Assembly: GCA_964016885.1 (NCBI GenBank)
Contig: OZ024743.1
Location: 110,360,001 to 110,424,000 of the forward strand
Direction of reading: 5' to 3'
Source of the DNA: Eledone cirrhosa
Taxonomy: Eukaryota
Length of the DNA: 64,000 nt
Shown here: one piece after another, positions 1-13,407 of the stretch
Layout of the letters: each line of letters starts with the position of its first letter
Numbering within the stretch: the stretch's first letter is position 1
Translations under genes and position numbers: made by a program
The notes under the pieces: model-generated
What the model was told of the DNA's origin: nothing
The model's input: the letters and a program-made list of their open reading frames with translations, nothing else
Databases searched by the model: none

Positions 1-1419
1 AGTGTAACCTACTTTTCGCTGAACGCCCATGAACAATATGCAGGGACAACACATAGTAGCGTTATATTTAAAATGTTCAACGTTGTTTAGAAAATAGTAC
101 CTTGCGATGAATCCATAACATTGTCTGCTGTAAATATACTCTCACACATCTCAGTTTAAAATGCAGGAGAAAAGAATCTTCAATAAATGTATATGCATAG
201 CATATAATGAGAGGGAAATGTTTTGCGAGATAAAGTAACGTATTAAAGGAATACAGATACACTAACTTGTAGTGCGTTTCCTACCTAGGTGAGCATCGAT
301 AAGTGCTTTCACAAAAAATTAGATGACATTTATGATTTAAATATGCTTTCTTTCTCGCCGAATGTGGTCCATTCTCGCGTTTGTTTTCATATATCTCCTT
401 TCTTCCCTTTTTTCAACGAGGTGTTTTTTGAAATCCCTCTTCGTGTTATGTATATAGAAAATAATACCTGAATTACCGTTACTCTACACTCAGTTAATTC
501 GGTGATCATCTACAACATACCTGAATATCAAAACGGGAGATGGGGAATGAGAAAATGTCAACATTTTGACACTAAAATAACAGTCCTCTGAGGAATATTT
601 ATCTACACGAGAGTAAGACTAAGAAAGTTAGGCCACAAATAATATAATCTGTAGAAGAATACAAACTCCAACCTCAGAGGCACAACTCATTAAAAACTAA
701 CTAAATTTCCTTAAAACGTAGGAAACTGAAGAAGCCAAAAGTATGCTCAGGACAGAATACGCAAATCGCATTATAAACCCCATACAAATTAATTGACACT
801 GTGAATTGTAATCAAAAATTAAAGTTACATTCGTAAATACGGAACAGAAATTCCACGCAACTAAATGTATCATGATCATACAGCCTACGGATTTCAAAGC
901 AAAAGTATACAATCTAGGTAAGGTAGCATTGATAAAAAAAATCGTATAAATGAGGATTTCACTTGTAATCATATGTAAGGTACCACTTGTCGAGGTTTGT
1001 TTAATGATGCTATATATACATATCAGGGAATCATTGAAGCAAGCCAGAGTAAAAACGAATGTCATGTAATCCCATGTCATAATCAAGTTCATGAAAGGGT
1101 TTATTACAGTTTTTCCTAAAATAGGAAGTTGGACACAACATGCTATAAGTTATTCCACTGGAAAGTTTCCAGGTTAAATCATGTCTACCATAATTATTAG
1201 TTGATAATTATTATCAGTATGGTGAGGACATGGACTGATAAAATAGGTGATAGTTGCGTTTTGCTGTGTTCACTACAGACCTAGACACATAGATATCATA
1301 GTTATGACATCTAACATGTGTAACCGGCTACAGAATCCACCGGCAAACAAATTCACAGAAATAAACATATCCCTCTCTCTCCCTCCCTATCTCTCCTCTC
1401 CTCCCTCTCTCTCTCTATC

Positions 1420-1488
<69 letters not shown>

Positions 1489-1551
1489 ATGTGTGTGAGA
1501 GGGGGGAGTATACATACATGTATACATATATAAATACATACACATATATAC

Positions 1552-1609
<58 letters not shown>

Positions 1610-2659
1610 GCTATTGAGTATTATCACCTTTTAACATAGAGAAGATTAATTGAACTACCAAGATTAATTTCTCCGCAATTACGTGAAATATTTACATACA
1701 CACTTTTAGCTACTAAACTTCATAAATTATTTAGAAGTTCAATGAAACTTCAAATCCGTTGATACTTATAGTTTCACGCTGATGTACGTTCAAGCACCAG
1801 ACAAATTACTGCCAATGTATATTATATACACACAAAAATATACAAGCATATATATATATATGTGTGTGTGTGTGTATTATATATGTGTATGTATGTGGAT
1901 GGGCTTGTGTGTACATATATGTAAGTACTGCATCGATGTCTGTAGACAGACCTCGATGGACGTTTAATGACGATCATCAATTATTTGTTATATACACATA
2001 GAAAACCAATATAATGGAAAGAAAAAAAACAAACATAAAATCTAATCATATATGTTCAGTAATATTAAGGCTTTCGGATACTAATGTAAAACGAATATTA
2101 AAGTCACCGATTGACAAATACATGTACCGAATATATGTTCTTGGTTATATGGGATTACTAATTTTTAGAATATATAACACTTTGAGTAATTCATATCATG
2201 ACATATTTTATTTTACATTCAAACTCCATTAATCGGACACTTTGGGATTTGGCTTTTTCTCATTTATTTTCTCATGAAAGATATTATAAAAAACAAAATA
2301 AAATGATATGCATAATTATTTATATGTGCGTTTCCATTAATGAATATACGTATCCCTGTGTATATATATATATATACATATAGATAATTCAATAAGTTGA
2401 TAAAACAACAGTAAGACGTTCAGATATTTATTTAAAGCTCTAGTGTGGTTTATTTTATATCCAGAATAAAGAGAGATATTTCAGAGGTAAAACCAATCGG
2501 TATACTTCCGCTCATCTTAGATTTAAATCACAGAGCATGTATTAACAAAAAAAATAAGTTGGCAAGTTAATACATGTTTTATTTGCTCTACAGATGTTTC
2601 CTTCCATTTGGACATTAATCACAATATCCTTATAAAGGCATCTGCAGAGACGAATTATA

Positions 2660-2960
2660 TATATATGAATAGCCGATTCTTCGCTTTGCGAAGATCAGTG
2701 GGAAGAATTATTGTCCTGCTCCGTGATGTGGCACACCCTAAGGTGATTGTAGAGGGCAATGATGGAGCTGCAGGCTCTGGTACATTTGGGGCAAGTGCAT
2801 ATTTGATCAGTTGGGGGTTGTGCCGCGGACAGCTTTCTTCTTGCCACCTTCAAGGCTGTCTGGCTGCAGCTAATTTGATGGCCACTCTCCATTTGCTTCT
2901 GACTTCTGCCAGGTTTTCGCATTCCGCGTGATCAGTTTTGACTTCGATCAGTTGGCGCAC
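2660..2960 (-). mobile_element. RTE/BovB-like LINE, 3' terminal part (C-terminal C2H2-like motif and 3' hairpin)
   Basis: Minus strand reads ..HAECENLAEVRSKWR.. and CPKCTRACSSIIALYNHLRVC (RTE C-terminal motif), followed by the hairpin TCTTCGCAAAGCGAAGA and an AT-rich tail. Confidence 0.8.
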
Positions 2961-3580
2961 ACGGAGGAAGATATGAAGGTAGCCTGACCATCAGCCTCAA
3001 GGAGACGAAAGTCATGTGCCAGGAGTCATCAAAAGAAGAGCTCCAACCTCCGCAAATTAACATCGATGGACACCCTTATATGAAGCCGAACACGTCAGTT
3101 ACTTGGGAAGCGTCATTCCCAAAGACGTTACCTCAGGAAAATATATTGACAACCACATTGCCAAGGCCAGCAGCTCATTCGGACGCTTCCAGAAACGCGT
3201 GTGGCAGAACCACTCTCAACACTTCATAACAAAGATCAGAGTCTACAAATCTGTTGTAGTCACTACCATCCTCTATGGACCTGAAAGCTGGGTCCTCTAC
3301 CGAAAGCAAATCAAGCAACTAGAAATATTCAATCAGCGATGCCTCCGCACCATCATTGGCATCTGTTTCAGGACTATGTAACAAACGACGAAGTTCTCAA
3401 GAGGCCTGATATCACAATATATGAGAGCATGCTGATGCTGCGACAGCTCCGCTAGGCGGGTCATGCCTAGTGCATTAATGACTCAAGTGTGTCAAAGGTA
3501 GTTTTCTACGGCGAACTATATGAAGGCAATTGAAACCAAGTGGCTAAAGAAAACACTTAAACTACCAACTCAAGCACCAC
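2961..3580 (+). mobile_element. RTE/BovB-like LINE, RT C-terminal segment inverted relative to its 3' end; degenerate
   Basis: KASSSFGRFQKRVW..TKIRVYKSVVVTTILYGPESW..FNQRCLRTII, followed by stop-containing QLR*AGH and KVVFYGEL. Confidence 0.85.
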
Positions 3581-3723
3581 ATATATAGGTATAACATATT
3601 AAAAAGAGTTTCGTTCCGCATGCTTCAGCCGGAATTTGTCTAAGGTTACGGAAGGTTAGAATTGTAACAATTATTCAAGGGTATTTTTCATGATAGTTGT
3701 TATACCGGTTCTTATGTTAATAT

Positions 3724-3896
3724 AATTGTTTCTACTTTTGGTAGAAGGCCAGCAATTAACCAGTGCGTGACTGGTACTTTATTTTATCGACTCTATGAAA
3801 GGCATATTTAACCTCGGCGGGATTTGAACTCAGAATGGCAAGGGCCTTAACTATGCATCAAAGCATGGCGTCCAACCCTCTACCGATACTACCAAT
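3724..3896 (-). mobile_element. SINE (octopus-type family)
   Basis: Shares the core ggccagcaatt..ggtactttattttatcga..aaaggc..aacctcggcgggatttgaactcagaa (B-box-like GAGTTCAAAT on minus) with other copies in the window. Confidence 0.8.
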
Positions 3897-4180
3897 AATC
3901 TATGTCTGTCATTAGAGCAACTATATTAGTATTTACTGAAGTTATAACCAAATTTAATATCGGTACATAGTTTGTGGGCGTTAATGTTATGAAGTCTAAG
4001 GAAGCACATACTTCCTAAAGATATCTAGTGTTCATGAACAATTATTTTATTAGGGTAGCTATATGTACCAGGATTGCTTTACTAATACATATAGCCACCA
4101 ATCGCTCTTATTCGTGCATGTATCCAAACCAAATATGTACGGACACCCACGTCCGTACATTCATATATCCGCACATAAAC

Positions 4181-5500
4181 ATCATCATCATCAGGTCGAG
4201 CTTGCTCGGCTTTCTACGACACGTTTCCTCCATCCATCTCTGTCTCTCATAGCGTTTGCCAGTTCTTCCGCAGTGCATCCAGTATCGTCCTCAAGTTGCT
4301 TGACGAATGTCTTCTTGGGACGACCACCGTTTCTTGCTCCAAGGGACGGCCTCCATAACAACACATCACCTGCTATTTCTTCCTTGCTGCGCCAACAGTG
4401 GCCAGCAAATCTGAGTCTCTGTCCACGTATTGACCTGCTGATTGGTGGTATATTTCCATAGAGTTCCCTATTTGTTGGGTGATCCCTCCAAGACACGTTT
4501 AAAGCAGCACGGAGCATACGTGTGTATGCGCCGTCTAGCTTTTTCTTCAGTTTCGACGTTAGCGTCCAAGTGATAGAGCCATAAACAAGCACAGACTCCA
4601 CAGCAGCTCTGAAGAAATTCCTTTTCAGTTTGGCCGGCAGATTTGATTTCCATATATTTTCCATCGCATTCAATGCTCCCTAGGCTTTTCCCAGTCTGAT
4701 GTTAACATCATGTTCTGTGGAAGCGATATAGCTTGATTATATCGCCGTTTAGACTTCCCATACCAACTGAGGAGTCTTGAGAATATATTCTGTTTTGCCT
4801 GCGTTTACATAGTGTCCGATTTCCTTTGCAACTGATTCGATACTGTGAAGTAATGATGTTGCATCCTTAAGGTAGTCAGCGAGGACCGCCAAATCATCCG
4901 CATCGGTGATTTTCTGAGCTGCATGGCGTCTACACTTTCGCTTTGTGAGAGTGAAACCAAGCTCTAAGTTTTCGTCCAGGGCTTTTCTCAATACATAGTC
5001 GAGGCAGGTGATACAAATATATGGTGCAAGAGTATCCCCTTGGAGTACTCCTGCAAAGATGTCAAAGAAGTTGGTATCTCCATCAGGTGAGCGCACCATT
5101 CCGCGGGTGTTTTTATATAACATCATGATGGGATTTTCTGTTTCCCTTGGCAAGCACTAGGCTAGAAGTATCTCTCTCATCCTCCCACGATGGATGGAAT
5201 CGAAAGCATTTGAAACGTCAATAAACTGGAGAGCTGCTGGGAGGTTTCTGGCTTTTACGCCTTCCAAGATACGCCGAATTGTAAGTATTTGCCCTGACGT
5301 TGATCTGTTGGTGCGGAAGCCATTTTGTTTTTTTTCTCAGCAAGGGGTCAATGACAGGTCTTATTCTGTCAAACAGCATGAGATTGTATATCTTTGCGGC
5401 AATTGCCATTAGTGTTATGCCACGGTAGGTTTTAGCCATTCCAAGATCGCCCTTTTTGGATAAAGGGAGTATACATCCCTCAGTCCATTTGTCTATGGGT
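4181..5500 (-). mobile_element. RTE-clade LINE, RT and 3' end with (TGA)n tail; frameshifted
   Basis: YRGITLMAIAAKIYN, GVLQGDTLAP, DADDLAVL, RLRFAGHCWRS motifs; stop at 4191 followed by a (TGA)n tail. Confidence 0.92.
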
Positions 5501-5501
5501 C

Positions 5502-6040
5502 TTGATTAAAGACACCATTACACAACCAACCCGACTTGTACACGGAAAGAAAAACATCTTTGCTGGTACACTCAATGTTCAAACACTCCAGAAAGACCAT
5601 AAAATCCCTGAACTGATTGCTTCAGCAGGGGCGACCAACCATCACGTTATCTGTCTTCAGGAGCACCGGCTCATACATGAAGAGCTTGTAACAAAGGAGC
5701 AAATATTTGGCAATTGGAGGCGATAACCTGCTCAGCTTGGACAAAAAACATAAATGCAGCAAATGGTTGAGTTGGAATGCTTGTCAGCCCGCGAGCGTAT
5801 GATGCACTTCCGAGTGTTGAAATGATAACATCAAGGATAATGATAGCTACGTTTAACGGGAATCCTAAAACCACTGCAATCTCTTACTATAGTCCAACAA
5901 ATGTATGTGACATGGCCGAAGTAGAGAGGTTTTACATGGAACTAACATCACTCACTAGACAAATCCCGAAACATAATGTTCTCATCATTGGCGGAGACTT
6001 CAACGCGCGTCTTGGACAGCTTGATGGATTCAAATTCACA
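5502..6040 (+). mobile_element. APE endonuclease segment of the same RTE element, inverted
   Basis: GTLNVQTL, ICLQEHR, SYYSPTN and IIGGDFNA motifs; lies head-to-head with the RT piece; candidate TSD CACATA[A/G]ACAT at 4172-4182 and 6037-6047. Confidence 0.88.
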
Positions 6041-6715
6041 TAGACATACACACACATATACATCTATATTAAAACATACGTATGTGTGTGCAAGTATGTA
6101 CCTGTATACATGTATGTATACACATATATATACATACACACACGCAAACATATATATGTATATATATATATATACTTACATACATATATAGATATATATA
6201 TATATAAATATATATATATATGATAAATGTAATCTAAGGTTTCCGAATATTAATAAAGACATTCGATTCGTTTGCAATTGTGCAAAAAAGCCTTAATTTG
6301 ATAGACATGTCAGTAGAATGTAACCTTCATTCTTGCTCTTGTGTTGGCATGTGCACAGAACTGCAGACACTAATGTGTCTGGCCATCACCCTTCACCAGT
6401 ACAGCTCACTGTTCACCTGCCAAAATGTCATAGTTAGTGAACATATTTTCAAAAAATACACAGTGACTGATCGGCTCGATTTGCATACTAGCAGACTGAC
6501 TGATCTCCATATTAGCAGATCCACTGATCAGCCAGATGTGCATATCAGCAGACTGGCCAGTCAGTTTCCTGTATACGAATGATAAATGGCCGGGTGTGCC
6601 AAATTCAAAATAAAAAGAAATGTTCGCTCTACATGGCTGTATACAATATATATATATATATATAAATAAAATAAAATAAATTAGTCAAATGTTTAAAATT
6701 TGGGTTCGTTTATCA

Positions 6716-6768
6716 TTTCTATATACATTTCGATGACAGCCATCTTTGGCTGTGACCTCTTCAGGCAG
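6716..6768 (-). ncRNA. Hammerhead ribozyme-like motif (type I, degenerate stem I) in a PLE terminal repeat fragment
   Basis: Minus strand: ctgc CTGAAGA ggtcacagcc-aaagat-ggctgtcatc GAAAT gtat ATA; related to the copy at 9025-9078. Confidence 0.6.
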
Positions 6769-6882
6769 TCCGAATTAGTGTGGTAGAGATGAGTACACAT
6801 GTTGTTGGGGTGTTAAACTTAGTCAATACTCTGATATGCCCAGTTCCTGGTTGGGTTGTTGTCTCACTGAGGAACTGGAATC

Positions 6883-7833
<951 letters not shown>

Positions 7834-7853
7834 ATATATATATATATATATAT

Positions 7854-8058
7854 ATAGGAACCAGTAAGACCCCGACAGCTGAGCTCAAGTCGTTTCGACG
7901 GCTAATTCTGGACGCTAATTCAGTCCAGAATTAGCCGTCGAAACGGCTTGAGCTCAGCTGTCGGGGTCTTACTGGTTCCTATTACCCACTCTACTACCTC
8001 AAGTATTGAGTACTTTGGTGCGTTATGGTCCACCTGGTTCCTTACCACATTTCCTTCG

Positions 8059-8060
<2 letters not shown>
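7854..8060 (+). mobile_element. ~200 bp palindromic element carrying the 3' half of a hammerhead
   Basis: 60-bp arms at 7854-7913 and 7923-7982 (1 mismatch) plus a unique tail; second copy at 23428-23627; inside (TA)n. Confidence 0.8.
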
Positions 8061-8111
<51 letters not shown>

Positions 8112-8506
8112 TACACTTGCGCCTAAAGATGCAAGTGAATATATATATACAACCCAACCATATTATCTACATTTATCCATAGATCAAAATTAATCTATCA
8201 TGATGTGTACCGTGTACATTGTTTCAACTAACAAATACATGCATATAGCTACATCCACTACACCCACCTCTATATACACACAATTATAAATGTATTTGTG
8301 AGTGTGTGTATATATGTATGTGTGTGTGTTTACATATATATTTAACACCCAGCTCGTTTTATGTCTGCCTTATACTTGGATTGGGGGCCTCTTTTGTACA
8401 TATGTATGCACTTGTGCGTACATACATATATATATATACACACCTGTATGGATTTGTGTATGTAGATGTGTGTGTGTGCCTATCGAGGTAGGTGTGAGTG
8501 TATATA

Positions 8507-8740
8507 CAAGTCAACCAACATAAGTCTTTTTATTTGTAAACGTTCTAAGTATTTGATTCTAACCACCATTTTCAATATTACCACCCCACATAAATTCATC
8601 AATTCATATGTGTGGATGTGGGGGTGGGTATGAGTGTATGTGCAAGTCAACCAGCATGAGCCAATTTATATGTAAATGTTCTATTATTCTATCCTAACCA
8701 TAATTTTCAGTAGTACCACCCGACATAAATTCCTCAATTT
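8507..8740. repeat. Imperfect tandem duplication, period about 136 bp
   Basis: caagtcaacca..ttat.tgtaaa.gttcta..ctaaccac/t..acataaattc occurs at about 8507 and 8643. Confidence 0.65.
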
Positions 8741-9024
8741 AAGAATGACCTGTAGTATCGAATATCTTACTATAAACCTCAATTGAATTGTATATCTGAC
8801 CAGGACTGCTTTTTGTGAAAACCTGTCATATGCAGCTATTGTCATCTTGCCCGACGGTTTGAACTTTACAACACCAACCCTATTAGCATCTACAAACTGA
8901 CCAATTAGAATCAATATTATTCCTGCTGACAACATTAAATTATCCCTAAAAAGCTCATATGTCCCAAGGCTCTGATACCATCAACACCATAAACACAGAG
9001 CTGGCATATCTAAGAACTGACTAA

Positions 9025-9078
9025 CTGTCTGATGAGGTCATAGCCATTCAATGGCTATCATCGAAATATATATAGCAT
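9025..9078 (+). ncRNA. Minimal type-I hammerhead ribozyme motif
   Basis: tgt CTGATGA ggtcatagcc-attcaat-ggctatcatc GAAAT ATAT ATA gca; intact core and palindromic ATAT loop. Confidence 0.7.
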
Positions 9079-9123
9079 TAAATAAAGGATTATCAGTTCA
9101 TGGAATTGACTTATGTTTCGTCA

Positions 9124-9230
<107 letters not shown>

Positions 9231-10401
9231 TAAATATGTGTGTGTGTGTAATCAGATAAATCCACCTATTAATGGTAGGGTCTAAACCGTATGAAGAACT
9301 CAATGCGATCCCTATGTAGAAGATGTGAAGCAAAGTTTAAAATACAAAATATCATAGTAAGAAAATATACATACGTCTTCACTACCCGCCGTCTTCAGAA
9401 ATAATCAGTTTTGTTTATTGAAGAATACCAAAAAAAACATATATGAATAAGTAACGTTTTATAACCAGGTTGAGGTTGACAAATAGTAAGAATAGGAAGG
9501 GGCAGTATAGATCCTTAAGTTGGTAGTAGCAGATCAATAAATAAGCCATCAGGGGATGAGGTATCAAATGACTTTTAAGAAAAAAAATGAAAGTTGCTAG
9601 TGTAAATGAATGTAGGTATATTGTATATAAAACTGTTGATGGTCAAAGAAGATTACGGTTGGAGGGAAAGGCGTACTGAGATGAGTGTGTTACATCAAGT
9701 AGAATGGTATAGAACAATCTTAAAATGTTTGTTACTTCTCTGTTGAGAGGAATAATTTGTTCTAAAAATATATAATAATAAGTAGAGGAATATAAATGGA
9801 ACCAAATGGATGTAAAATTTAGATAAAATATAGATAAAATAATATATAGGTAAGAAAATACTAAAGTTTGTGTAAGTATTGTATTCTGTTAGAGTGGTTA
9901 GAATGAAGTTTTCCCTGTAGAGAATTATATTTTCGAATACGAATCCACATTAATAATCTGGATTTAAAAAAAAGAGGCGGTTTAAATGGATATCAATTAA
10001 GCATTTTTGTTAGATTATTGAAAATAAGGTAATATATAGTGCTAAATTATAGTTAATTACTTAAAACAGTTATAGGGAAGAGATAGAGTATTTAATCCAT
10101 GGATTAATCCTAATAGCTGAAAAAAAAAATATATATATATACATACGCATATATATACACATATATATACACATATATACACGTACACACACGTATATAT
10201 ATACACACACATACACATATATATATATACACGCACACACACATAATATATACACACACATATATACATGTACACACACACATGTATATATAGAGGCATA
10301 CACGTTTGCATACACATACATATACACACACACACATACATATTCACACACACACACACATACTCACATATTTTTTCTCCTATATCATTTTCTATTTTTG
10401 T

Positions 10402-10749
10402 TTAGTTGTATTTATAATATTTGAATGTCCTTCTAATTTTATGGTTACATACTATAATTAATTCTTGTCTTTTATTTAATAGAGTGTCCTTCGATTTAGT
10501 AATTTCAAAAATTTGTTGGCAACACAGTCCACACTCCTTTCTATTGCCCTGATAAGAAATGGCTCTCTTAAGAATCTTCCAAGTTAGGTTATATTTAATA
10601 TTCCTCTTTTTACAATTATTAACTGCTTCTGCTAAAGAAGTGGTATTACCTAATTGTGTGTTTCGGAAACTGTGGGTGTGTGCATAGGATCTCGATTTAA
10701 ACGGATTAGAAGTGGATCCAATATAGGATTGATTAGAGTCCTTAGTGGT
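10402..10749 (-). pseudogene. GIY-YIG endonuclease C-terminal part of the PLE (absent from the ORF track)
   Basis: Manual translation: TTKDSNQSYIGSTSNPFKSRSYAHTHSF..NTTSLAE..LTWKILKRA..ECGLC..LLNKRQELIIVCNHK..YKYN*, collinear with the end of the 572-aa ORF. Confidence 0.85.
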
Positions 10750-10799
10750 GAGTATTGGACTAGAAATACATATAGTGATTTATATGATATTACTATGGG

Positions 10800-12540
10800 C
10801 TCGATGGATTCTCCTATATAATTTAAATTCCTCTTTTCCCCACCCCAAAGGCGGTCTACATCGCGATGACTGTCTTCTTCTATCTAACAATCTTAGTCTC
10901 TCAGTAATTGAGAGAAATAAAAAGCATATTAGGAAATTCCTCAAAAATTACTATAATCTTACTGTTACTTTTGAAAATAGCACTAAAATGATCAATTTCC
11001 TCGACATCACTTTAGACCTATCAACAGGCACTTACCAACCCTACCAGAAACCAAACCCAAACCTCCATTGTATACACTCACTATCTACCACCCTAGTTCC
11101 ATACTAAAATATCTAGTGTACAATATTTCACTCAGATTATCTAAATTATCATATAATGAAGAAATATTCTATAAAAATGAACCTTATTATAAGGAGGCTT
11201 TAACTAGAAGGGGCTACAGGGATAAAATATGTTACATACATAACACCCTGAATACCCCCAGAATACAGCCAAGCATAAGCAACAAACACCGTAGAAAACA
11301 CCAAAAAGTTAGTGCCAGCAATGAAACACCGAAAAACCTAGATCCTTCCATTACTCCTAATATCCACATTAACACGAATGACACAAATTCTCTAAAAATC
11401 ATCAATCCTAACGATTTCGAATATTTCTATTACTTGCCTAATAATATTACTACAAACCATACGAAAACACCTAACTCCACTACTCTTAAAAAAGCAGTTA
11501 ATAATAACATCTTATATCTTAATTCTCACAATGAAACTAATGATATATTACCTATTTCATTAAACCTTCAACCTAACCAAATTACATCCTTACAATACAA
11601 AAATCAGAGAAACGTATCCGAACTAGTGTAGATAACAAGAATAATACCAAAATTCCAGTGCCTATCAATAATCCTCCATTCATAAAACTCACAATATCCT
11701 CTATAAATCAAACAAAAGGCAATAAATCAAAACTAATACAATTCAAAAATCTACTAAACAATTAGTTCACACTCATAATAACAATCACAATATTATAATT
11801 TCATCTGATAACAAAATCTAGCCTCAAACAAAATCTACCCCAATATAATAAGAGGAAACCAATAAGAAACCATAAAAGAAATGTAACATGGTATAACGCT
11901 CCATTCAACTTGCAAACTATGGGCAAAATCCCCCAAATCTTTTACAATTCTCGATAAGCATTTCCCACCTAACCACAAATACCATCAAATCTTAAACAGA
12001 AATACAGTAACATATTTTTGCTCAACATCGAGCAATATACAACAAAAAATAACTGCATATAACATCTCTAAATGTAAAAAAAGCTCCATGTATACCACAC
12101 ACAAGATAACTATGGTTATACTACAACGCATAACCAGAATATTACTACATACCCACCTGCTACATCCGCTCACTCACCTCACCAGCACAATACAGCAGCC
12201 TACAACCAAGTACCATCTTCCTCATCCTTAATAGGGACTAAGAATTACATACCTAATCTAACCAATAGCTACCAAAACAACCATGATTCTATAAACGCTA
12301 TATCCAGTATAATTTCACCAACTAACAACACTTCAGGCCGTGACCACCCTATCGTAAACCCTTCTCTCCCAAATAAAAAGGTAAACACAAATACTAGTAC
12401 TATTATTGAGAATATAGACAGCACATCTGAAACCCTATATGCAAACGGTTGTAATTGTAGAATAAAAGATAATTGCACCTTAAATGGAAATTGCTTAATT
12501 AATAATATAGTATATAAATGTGTAATCACCACTAAGGACT
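10800..12540 (+). pseudogene. PLE RT C-terminal half, linker and zinc motif; frameshifted
   Basis: SSFPHPKGGLHRDDCLLL, NFLDITLDL, TWYNAPFN and CNCRIKDNCTLNGNCLINNIVYKC. Confidence 0.88.
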
Positions 12541-13370
12541 AAGGATGTATATGTATGTGTGTATATGGTATGTGAAAGTGTGTGTGCGTGTATATATATG
12601 TGTATGTATGTGTATGTATATACGTGTGTGTATATATATATGTGTATATATATGTGTATGTATATATATATATATATTTTTTTTGCTATTAGGATTAATC
12701 CATGGATTAAATACTATATCTTATCCCTATAACTGTTTTAAGTAATTAACTATAATTTATCACTATATATTACATTATTTTCAATAATCTAACAAAAATA
12801 TTTAATTGATATCCATTTAAAGCTCCTGAAAAAAAAAAAAACAGATTATTAATTTGGATTCTTATTCGAAAATATAATTCCCTACAGGGAAAAGTTCATT
12901 CTAACCACTCTAACACAATACAATACTTACACAAACTTTAGTATGTTCTTACCTATATATTATTTTATCTATATTTTATCTAAATTTTACTTCCATTTGA
13001 TTCCATTTATATTCCTCTACTTATTATTATATATTTTTAGAACAAATTATTCCTCTCAACAAAGAAATAACAAACATTTTAAGATTGGTCTCTACCATTC
13101 TACTTGATGTAACACACTTATCTCAGTACGCCTTTCCCTCCAACCGTAACCTTCTTTGACCATCAACACTTGTATATACAATATATCTAAATTCATTTAC
13201 ACTAGCAACTTTCATTTCTTTTCTTAAAAGTCATTTGATACCTCATTACATGATGGGTTATTTATTCATCTACTACTACCAACTTAAGAATATATAGTGC
13301 CCCTTCCTATTCTTACTATTGGTCAACCTCAACTTGGTTATAAAATGTTACTTATTCATATATATTGTGT

Positions 13371-13407
<37 letters not shown>

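Larger units (their letters stand above)
9252..13363. mobile_element. Penelope-like (Naiad-type) element, rearranged, with ~0.85 kb inverted UTR arms
   Basis: Arms at 9439-~10330 and ~12545-13363 are reverse complements; the coding parts are homologous to the ORF at 56370-58013; the terminus at 9253-9310 resembles 52275-52335. Confidence 0.88.

Noticed and set aside
9388-9406. Hammerhead 5' half (attattt CTGAAGA cggc, minus strand)
   Set aside because: Homologous to the 52.7 kb motif, but the GAAAC half appears deleted.
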